Positions 57,432 through 64,000 of a stretch of 64,000 nt of DNA are shown here, piece by piece. A program made the position numbers and the translations under genes. The notes below the pieces were generated by a model that saw only the letters and a program-made list of their open reading frames with translations, had not been told where the DNA came from and did not search any database. Positions within the stretch are counted from its first letter, which is position 1; each line of letters starts with the position of its first letter. Source of the stretch: a virus; the IMG/VR virus record IMGVR_UViG_3300044835_000040, positions 1 through 64,000 of that record; one strand, 5' to 3'.

Positions 57432-58142
57432 ATGTCAGATACCGCTCTGCCGGGCGTCACGCTCGACCCTAAGAACGAGAGCGAGCTGGAGGCGGCGTTC
57501 GGCGTCACCTCCAACGCGGAGGAGCTGGTCCGCCAGAACCGTTCGCGTTACACCACGGAGCATCGGGCTGCGCTGACGCAGCAGGTCGACGTGGGTCTCA
57601 CGAGCGAGCTGTACGTGGGCAACCCCGAGCTGAAGCTGGACCCTGTGTCCGGCTCGATCGCCTGGGACTACGGCGCTTCACGGCAGCTGAAGTCGGAGCT
57701 GACGGACGCCGTGGGTCACGAGATCGAGGCGGCGGTCGTGCGCGGCTCGGGCAGCCGGGCCGTGATCAGCTACGTCTACCCCTCCGGCCGCGGTTCGCTG
57801 GAGAAGGACGTGATCCCGTTCGCGCAGGTGTTCGGCACGGCTGAGCAGAAGGCCAGCGCCAAGAAGGACGCGACGCCGACCGAGGCCGCGAACAGCGTGC
57901 TCGGCGACGCCGAGACCGAGGCGGGCAAGCTGATCTCCGAGGCCAAAGCCGAGGCGGCGAAGGTCGTCCAGGACGCCAAGGACGAGATCGCGAAGCTGAT
58001 CTCCGAGGCCGAGGCCGAGGCGCAGAAGATCCGCGAAAAGGCCGCGGAGGAGGCGCCGAAGGTCGCGGAGGAGGCCGCCGCTGAGGCCGCGAAGGGCGAG
58101 GGTGGCAAACCCGCCAAACGTGGCGGCAGGAAAGCGTCCTAG
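57432..58142 (+). CDS. Hypothetical virion-associated protein with Ala/Glu/Lys coiled coil
   Basis: GAGAGGAG RBS; directly follows the MCP. Confidence 0.7.
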   Translation: MSDTALPGVTLDPKNESELEAAFGVTSNAEELVRQNRSRYTTEHRAALTQQVDVGLTSELYVGNPELKLDPVSGSIAWDYGASRQLKSELTDAVGHEIEAAVVRGSGSRAVISYVYPSGRGSLEKDVIPFAQVFGTAEQKASAKKDATPTEAANSVLGDAETEAGKLISEAKAEAAKVVQDAKDEIAKLISEAEAEAQKIREKAAEEAPKVAEEAAAEAAKGEGGKPAKRGGRKAS

Positions 58143-58175
58143 CCGGGCGGCCACTGGGCCGTGATGAGTCGTTTC

Positions 58176-58209
58176 CGACGGGGCGCCCGAGTGCGCCCCG
58201 TCGTCGTCT
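58176..58209 (+). terminator. Stem-loop after the capsid operon
   Basis: CGACGGGGCGC-CCGAGT-GCGCCCCGTCG. Confidence 0.6.
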
Positions 58210-58217
58210 GAGGAGCC

Positions 58218-58874
58218 GTGATGCAAGCACCTACCCCCGCCGAAATCCGTAGCTGGACCCCTCAGATGAACTGGGCGGAATACGACTACGAGGCGCCGCA
58301 CACGTCGACGGCGATCGACCCGTTGGTGCTGGAGGTGGGACTGGCGTGCGATTACGTGGCGTGGGTCTCGGGCCGTCCGTTGGACGCGACGATGCCTCCG
58401 GCGCTCGAACGCGCGGCGCAGAAGGCGGTGGTGCTGCGCACGATCCAGCAGGTGATCCAGGAGTCCGGCGAACAGCAGGAAGACCTGTTTGCGGGCACGA
58501 CGCTGAAAGGCTTTAGCGTGACGGGCTACGCCGAGCAGTATGTCGAGGTCGGCGAGGCCGAGCAGGCTCACCGCAAGGGGATGATGATCAACCCGCAGCC
58601 GGAGCTGAACCGGCTGCTGTGGATGCTCGTGACGCCGCAGCAGCTCGGCTGGTGGCGGGCGTTCCTCTCGGAAGGCGGGATCCCTGCGTACGGCGTGGTG
58701 GAGATGGACTGGAGCGGCGCGAACCGCTACGGCGGCTACGCGGGCATCATGGAGGGCGGCCTGCCGGGTGACTACCCCGGCTATGGCGGCTTGGAGGGCG
58801 AGGGCTGGCCGGGGCTGGGCGCTTGGCCTGCGATGGGGAGCTACCCCGGAATGGTGCTTGGCGGTGGGATATGA
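58218..58874 (+). CDS. Putative head-tail adaptor
   Basis: Synteny; KGFSVTGYAEQY. Confidence 0.55.
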   Translation: MMQAPTPAEIRSWTPQMNWAEYDYEAPHTSTAIDPLVLEVGLACDYVAWVSGRPLDATMPPALERAAQKAVVLRTIQQVIQESGEQQEDLFAGTTLKGFSVTGYAEQYVEVGEAEQAHRKGMMINPQPELNRLLWMLVTPQQLGWWRAFLSEGGIPAYGVVEMDWSGANRYGGYAGIMEGGLPGDYPGYGGLEGEGWPGLGAWPAMGSYPGMVLGGGI

Positions 58875-59434
58875 GCCTCCGGTCTGCGTGCGTGGATCAG
58901 GCTCGCGCGGTCTACGAGGTCGAGGACGTGACGCAGCCGTGGATCGAGGGCGAACCGGAGTCTCAGCAGGAGCTGGGGCCGTGGTTCGCTTGCCGGTTGA
59001 CAGTCGCGGAGCCGACTGAGGGGACGGGCATCGCGGGGATGCGTGGGCTGGCGGGCCGCGGCTATCACCGCCTGGAAGGGACCGCCAAACTGCTGATGCT
59101 GAACGTGTTCGTCGACGGTTCGTCGGTCACCGACGACACGCCAGGGATCGGGCATTTCATCGCGTTCGACGACGGCATGATGCTGCAGGTCAAGAGCACG
59201 GCGTCGCCGGATGAAGTCTGGCATGTCGCGTCGGGGATCATGCCGATCCGCAAGAAGCGCGGCCGAGCGATCGGCTACCAGTGCGAGCTGCGGCGCGCCC
59301 GCGAGCCTCGTGTCACCACGGGCGTGCTACCGGCGGCGGGGACGCCGGAGCCGGAACCGCTCGTCGGCGTGGTGCGCGAGCGTGCGCGAGGGATCCTGGA
59401 CATCCCGCCGGAGGATCGGGAGGTCGGGTACTGA
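58871..59434 (+). CDS. Putative head-closure protein
   Basis: Synteny; GPWFACRL. Confidence 0.5.
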   Translation: MSLRSACVDQARAVYEVEDVTQPWIEGEPESQQELGPWFACRLTVAEPTEGTGIAGMRGLAGRGYHRLEGTAKLLMLNVFVDGSSVTDDTPGIGHFIAFDDGMMLQVKSTASPDEVWHVASGIMPIRKKRGRAIGYQCELRRAREPRVTTGVLPAAGTPEPEPLVGVVRERARGILDIPPEDREVGY

Positions 59435-59961
59435 TGGGCTACACGCAGAAGGGCGACCTTGTGGCCTTGTTCGACCCGGAGCTGGCACGCCGGACGGTCC
59501 GCCTGATGGCCGAGCGGGGCGGCGAGGCGCTGCTGGTGCGGGTGACCGATAACACGCCGGTCTCCTATCACGGGCTCGCGCTGCAGTACGGCGGCTTCGG
59601 GCATGAGCTTCAGCGCGCGCCCGGCACGTTGAAGCGCAGTTGGCGCAAGCATCCGGCGGAACCGTCGCACGATCGCGTGAACGGCGGCTGGCGGGTGGAG
59701 GTCGACTCGTCTGACCCGATCGCGGCGTACGTGGAGTGGGACACGCGGCCGCACGTGATCATGCCGAAGCTGCCGGGCGGCCGGTTGCGCTTTAGGACGT
59801 GGCCGACGGGGGAGGTGGTGTACGCGAAGGTGGTGCACCATCCTGGGACGACGGGCCAGCACATGATGGGGCTGGCCGTGCACGCGATCCAGCTTGGCTT
59901 CGAGGAGATCGTCTCGCCGGAGCTGCACGAGTGGGCGCGGCGCGCGGAGGCGAAAGCGTAG
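59434..59961 (+). CDS. HK97 gp10-like neck protein
   Basis: NTPV..GTLKRSW..AAYVEWDTRPHVI..VHHPGT. Confidence 0.8.
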   Translation: MGYTQKGDLVALFDPELARRTVRLMAERGGEALLVRVTDNTPVSYHGLALQYGGFGHELQRAPGTLKRSWRKHPAEPSHDRVNGGWRVEVDSSDPIAAYVEWDTRPHVIMPKLPGGRLRFRTWPTGEVVYAKVVHHPGTTGQHMMGLAVHAIQLGFEEIVSPELHEWARRAEAKA

Positions 59962-60549
59962 ATGCGGAATCAGGAAGATGCGATCCGGTCGGTCCGTCGC
60001 TACGTGGGTAGCGCGCTCGGCTCACCGCCGTGGCGGGTGCGGATGAGGATGGACGGCCGGTTCCAGCGGCCGACGGCGCTGGTGCAGGACACTTCGCCTG
60101 CTGGCTGGACCGCGGGCGGCGTGGAGACTGTGGCCGGGGGGATGCAGCTGTCGATCCAGCTGTTCCCGCCGATCGCCAGCTCGGGCACCGAAAACCAGCT
60201 GCTCGCGCAGCGTGCCGCGGATCAGCTGTCGGACGCGATCATCATGGGCGTGGTGGACGCGCACGACTCGTCGGTGCGCGGCTACAGGGAGCTGATCCCG
60301 CTCTGGAGCTACACCGATGAAGACGGCGATCCGCTGCCGCTCGGGATGCGAGCGACGAAGCGCACCCCGAAGGATTTCCTGCGTGTGATGCCCGGATGGT
60401 CGTTCCAGGCGATCCCCGAGGCGCCCGACGATCAGCTGTTCGTCGCCCTCGGAGACTTGCGCGTGCAGTGGTTCAGGAACGCGGGGCTGGCCGAAGATGG
60501 CGCCCTGTTGCAGAGCGTGCCGATCGACGTGAAATCTACTGTCGGGTAG
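59962..60549 (+). CDS. Putative tail terminator
   Basis: Synteny upstream of the sheath. Confidence 0.5.
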   Translation: MRNQEDAIRSVRRYVGSALGSPPWRVRMRMDGRFQRPTALVQDTSPAGWTAGGVETVAGGMQLSIQLFPPIASSGTENQLLAQRAADQLSDAIIMGVVDAHDSSVRGYRELIPLWSYTDEDGDPLPLGMRATKRTPKDFLRVMPGWSFQAIPEAPDDQLFVALGDLRVQWFRNAGLAEDGALLQSVPIDVKSTVG

Positions 60550-60649
60550 ACCTGCAGGCTTTTAGAAATGCTGGGCTACCCTCCGACGGACACCTGCTGG
60601 AACGCGCCGAAGTCGACGTGACCGAGATCGTCTGAGAGTGAGAGACCAC

Positions 60650-61102
60650 ATGGCAGAGACAACTTCACCGGGCAGCAAACGGAGTCGCGCGAAAGCGAAG
60701 GGCTCTGAGGAGGAGAACGCTGCCACGGAGGCGTCGGAGGAGACGACCGGTGTCGAGACTCAGGATGCCGAGCAGGACGCTTCACAGGGCGACGGCGAGA
60801 GCAGCGCCGATGCTCAGGCGGGCGACGGCGAGCAGACGCCGGAGCCGCCCGCGGCATCCGACCCGCAGGGCGCTGGCCCGGCCGATGCGGGTGAGGCAGT
60901 TGATGTGAGCGAGGGCGGGGAGGTCTCCCACGCCGTGCTGCTCGCCAACCCCCAGCTTCTCGGTGACTACCCGCCGGAAGCGGTGCGAGGCGTCCTGTCG
61001 GGCGCAGCTGACCCAATCAGCGTCGGGGACGCCAGGACGGCCGTCGCGTCGTTCCTGGAGAGCCCCGTCGTGCCCGAGCCTACATCGACTGAGGAGGCGT
61101 AG
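60650..61102 (+). CDS. Acidic hypothetical protein preceding the sheath
   Basis: ORF with AG/AC-rich leader; class-ii promoter at 60563-60582. Confidence 0.55.
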   Translation: MAETTSPGSKRSRAKAKGSEEENAATEASEETTGVETQDAEQDASQGDGESSADAQAGDGEQTPEPPAASDPQGAGPADAGEAVDVSEGGEVSHAVLLANPQLLGDYPPEAVRGVLSGAADPISVGDARTAVASFLESPVVPEPTSTEEA

Positions 61103-61108
61103 CCCGAG

Positions 61109-62608
61109 ATGAGCGGAACCTTCAACCCGACGGCGCTGCCCGATCTACCGGGTGTGTACACGCGTTACTCGGCGGCACCGTCGACCGCGCTGCCGCCTTC
61201 GCCCGGTGGGATCGTCGCGGTCCCGATCGTCCACGACTGGGGGCCTGCGAACACGCTCGTGTTCGTCCCGTCGTTCGGCGAATTCGAGAACATCTTCGGC
61301 GAAGACGACACGGTTGGCCGCCGTGCGATCTTCGATGCGTTCCGCGGTGAGGGCCTGGAGGGGCTGGGCGGCGCCTCCGGCGTGTACGTCGTGCGGATGG
61401 CGGCGAGCACCGCTGCGGCGGGCGCGGTCATCCTCAAAAATCCCGCCAAAGCGGCAGCGGTCTCGATCAAAGCCCGCTACAAAGGCACGCGCGGCAACCG
61501 GCTGCAGATCCTCGCCGGGCCGGTCGTCGAAGGCAAACAGACGATCACGATCCTGGACGGCACTGCCGAACTGGAATCGTTCACGATCGTGCTGGCCGAA
61601 AGTGGCTCGCTGCAGAACCTCGTGAGCACCATCAACGCGGTTTCGCTGTGGGTCGAAGCGTCGCTGACGGCCGAGGGTTCGACGGGGCTGGAACCGGCCA
61701 CGTCGCCGCTCACGGGCGGCCTGGACGGCTCGACGGGCCTGACGGGCACGGACTGGCTGAGCAACGCGAACCTGCTCAACAATGTCGACTTCGCGATCTT
61801 CGCGCCGTACGACCTGCCGTGGGAACCGGGCGAACCGGGTGTCGCGGTCAGGGCGACGATCAACTCGCTGAAGGCGTGGCGTGCCGAACAGGCCAAAGGC
61901 GGCCACCGGTTCGAGATCGTGTTCGGCGGCGCGCTCGAAGAGGACCCGGCGACCGCGATCCTGCGCGCGCAGGAACTGAACGACTCGCCCGTGATGACGG
62001 TCGGCGGGCCGGGTGTGCTGGACGAACTGTTCGGCAAGCGCTCCAGCTCGCAGCTCGCTCCCCGGTACGCCGGGATCCGCGCGCAGCGCGGGGAGACCGA
62101 GAACGCCGACTTCGCTCGGCTCTCGGGCTGCGTCCCGCTCCCGAAGTCCAGCGGCGCGGGCGTCACGTTGACGGAGGTCGAGTCGATGGTGCACGCGGGC
62201 GTGATCTCGCTGCAGCGTGACCGGTACGCCCCGGCGCCTTGCCGGATCGTCAAGGAGGTCACGACGTGGGCACCCGCGCCGCGGACTCCTGCCGAGGCCG
62301 AAAAGCCTCGGGCGATCTACGGTCGGCCGAAGAACGTGATGTCGATGCAGCAGTTCGCCAACGAAGCGGAGGAGCTGCTGGAGACCACGATGATCGGCAA
62401 GACGGTCGTGAACGATGCGACGCGGGCGGCTGCGGCCGCACGGGTGCTGACGCTCGGGCAGAACCGCATCAAATCGGGTGCTTTCCAGGCTGGCTTCAAG
62501 GTCACTCCGGAACCCGGATCGAACAGCGATGAGTTCATCAAGCTGGCGATCGAAATTCCGTTCGGGCGGGCGCTGGCGCAGCTGTTCCTCGACGCCACCG
62601 TGAGCTAG
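61109..62608 (+). CDS. Contractile tail sheath protein
   Basis: LPGVY..DWGP..FG..VYVVRM..ARYKGTRGN..LTGGLDG. Confidence 0.9.
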   Translation: MSGTFNPTALPDLPGVYTRYSAAPSTALPPSPGGIVAVPIVHDWGPANTLVFVPSFGEFENIFGEDDTVGRRAIFDAFRGEGLEGLGGASGVYVVRMAASTAAAGAVILKNPAKAAAVSIKARYKGTRGNRLQILAGPVVEGKQTITILDGTAELESFTIVLAESGSLQNLVSTINAVSLWVEASLTAEGSTGLEPATSPLTGGLDGSTGLTGTDWLSNANLLNNVDFAIFAPYDLPWEPGEPGVAVRATINSLKAWRAEQAKGGHRFEIVFGGALEEDPATAILRAQELNDSPVMTVGGPGVLDELFGKRSSSQLAPRYAGIRAQRGETENADFARLSGCVPLPKSSGAGVTLTEVESMVHAGVISLQRDRYAPAPCRIVKEVTTWAPAPRTPAEAEKPRAIYGRPKNVMSMQQFANEAEELLETTMIGKTVVNDATRAAAAARVLTLGQNRIKSGAFQAGFKVTPEPGSNSDEFIKLAIEIPFGRALAQLFLDATVS

Positions 62609-62639
62609 TTCACACGATCTCTAGAGAGGACTGACACAC

Positions 62640-63221
62640 ATGAGCGCAAGGCCCGGAATCGTCCCCCTCACTCCGCAGGAGAACGCGACCCTGAACGAAG
62701 CCCTGTGGCGGATCGGCGGGATGCACGGCCGCGTTCTCGACGCGAACGGCAACCTGCTGCACGAGGCGATCTCGCTCGCTGCTGACGTGAACATCGGGAA
62801 AATCTCGGTGGCTCTCGCGGGCACCGACCGAACCGGCTTCAAGCCGGGCCGTCAGACCCGTGAAGGTACGTTGACGGTGCAGAAGCTCGACACCGCCTGG
62901 GAGATGCAGGTCTACAAGTGGATGTCTCTCACGCTGGATGAACAGCGCGAAAAACGAGGCACGAACGAAGCGCTGATGCGCCCGTTCTCGCTGATGATCG
63001 AACACGACGATCCCGGCGCGCTCGGCCTGGAGAAGTGGCAGGTCGACGGGTGCTTGATCTGGCAGATGGGGATCGCGATGAACATCGGCGAAGAACTGAT
63101 GCAGAAACAGATCCCGATCACCTGGGAGCGCGAGACGCCGCTGAACGCGTTCGTGCGCACCGGGTCCATCGAACCGAACGGGCTGCCCGCGGTCAGATAT
63201 GTGGGGGCTTTGGACGGCTGA
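62640..63221 (+). CDS. Tail tube protein (XkdM-like)
   Basis: RIGGMHGRV..EGTLTVQK..HDDPGALGLE; follows the sheath. Confidence 0.8.
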   Translation: MSARPGIVPLTPQENATLNEALWRIGGMHGRVLDANGNLLHEAISLAADVNIGKISVALAGTDRTGFKPGRQTREGTLTVQKLDTAWEMQVYKWMSLTLDEQREKRGTNEALMRPFSLMIEHDDPGALGLEKWQVDGCLIWQMGIAMNIGEELMQKQIPITWERETPLNAFVRTGSIEPNGLPAVRYVGALDG

Positions 63222-63751
63222 TGCCTGACGGCGAGCGCATCGAGCGTCGTCGGCGCATCGCCCGTGAGAGTTACCACCGCTGTCGCGAGCAGAAAGGGCT
63301 ACCCCGCCGCGGGTCCAATCCTGAGCTGTTCATCGGCACGGGCGAGTTCGTCAATGACGGCTGGCTGAGCGGCTTCATCGACGGCGAGGGCGCGTTCGGC
63401 GGTCACCAGCACCGCTCCGGCGCGTGGGAACCGCGCTTCACGCTGACGCAGCGTGACGATGACTACGCTCTACTCCGGCGCATCGCTGCCGAGCTGGGCG
63501 GCAATCTCTACGTCCAGAAGGCCCGCGGCGCCTCGCGCCCTGTCGCTCGCTGGCATTGCGCTAGCAAGGCGTCGATGCTGCGGCTGGTCGAGTACCTGGA
63601 TCGGTTCCCGCTGAGGTCGCGCAAGCGGCATGAGTACGAACTGTGGCGCTCCGCGGTGCTGATCTATTCGGCCGAGGGTCGGAATGCTCCCGAGCTAAAC
63701 GATCTCGGCCACCGGTTCGTCGCGCTTCGCGACTACCGGGGGAGGGCGTAG
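63221..63751 (+). CDS. Free-standing single-motif LAGLIDADG homing endonuclease
   Basis: WLSGFIDGEGAF..FTLTQRDD..YLDRFPLRSRK. Confidence 0.88.
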   Translation: MPDGERIERRRRIARESYHRCREQKGLPRRGSNPELFIGTGEFVNDGWLSGFIDGEGAFGGHQHRSGAWEPRFTLTQRDDDYALLRRIAAELGGNLYVQKARGASRPVARWHCASKASMLRLVEYLDRFPLRSRKRHEYELWRSAVLIYSAEGRNAPELNDLGHRFVALRDYRGRA

Positions 63752-64000
63752 TGGTCGACTCGGCCGCCGTCCTGCTGGAGCTGCGCGGCCGACTCGCCGA
63801 GAAGCCGTCGTGGGGGCGCCAGGACCTACTGGTCCTGATCGCCGAGCTGGAAGTGCAGCACCGTGTCGACGAGGACGAGTTGGAACGGGCGCTTCGGCTG
63901 GTCCAGCCGACGTTGATGGACACGCTTTTCAACAGACTTCCCGCGCTCGCGCGGGCTGCAATGGTCGCACCGGCCCCTGACGACGGCGAGCAGATCGCTG
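63751..64000 (+). CDS. Hypothetical protein, truncated by window end
   Basis: GTG overlapping the previous TAG, GGAGG RBS, open to the end (MVDSAAVLLELRGRLAEKPSWGRQ...). Confidence 0.55.
   Translation, partial: MVDSAAVLLELRGRLAEKPSWGRQDLLVLIAELEVQHRVDEDELERALRLVQPTLMDTLFNRLPALARAAMVAPAPDDGEQIA

Noticed and set aside
62640-64000. Group I intron or tail-chaperone frameshift around the LAGLIDADG gene
   Set aside because: The tube gene appears complete, there is no non-coding space for intron core elements, and no slippery site is identifiable before the window ends.
1-64000. Stop-codon reassignment, DGR, retron or rRNA
   Set aside because: Genes end normally at TGA/TAG/TAA with standard coupling, and no reverse transcriptase, TR/VR pair or rRNA-like sequence was seen.

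Overview
High-GC (about 70% by eye) segment of a tailed phage or prophage with a contractile tail, most likely infecting an actinobacterium. Essentially all real genes are on the + strand. The virion genes (GpA-type terminase, collagen fibre, glycoside hydrolase, portal, MuF-like effector proteins, protease/scaffold, Mu gpT-like capsid, neck, sheath, tube) are interleaved with islands of small non-structural genes. A two-class regulatory grammar is visible in the DNA. (i) Non-structural islands start with a ~60-bp header: a sigma70-type -35/-10, a 17-bp palindrome AGCGACC-N3-GGTCGCT, then GCAACCGAT, then the start motif GGAGGTGCGAGATG. (ii) Virion genes have a TAG(G/A)(A/G)-N9-TANNNT promoter and are mostly leaderless. 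A class-ii promoter also precedes a ~90-nt non-coding double hairpin (37397-37485) whose loop is the exact reverse complement of the shared class-i start motif, making it a candidate trans-acting early-to-late switch sRNA. Five head-region proteins share an 'HPR..G.F/W'-type tag, usually just after a Glu|Ala/Gly site, and carry kinase-like, ADP-ribosyltransferase, Nudix, zeta-toxin and peptidoglycan-binding domains. Also present: tRNA-Lys(UUU), HNH and LAGLIDADG nucleases, a solo HicA-like gene and a DUF932-like gene. All calls come from reading motifs by eye; no searches were run.
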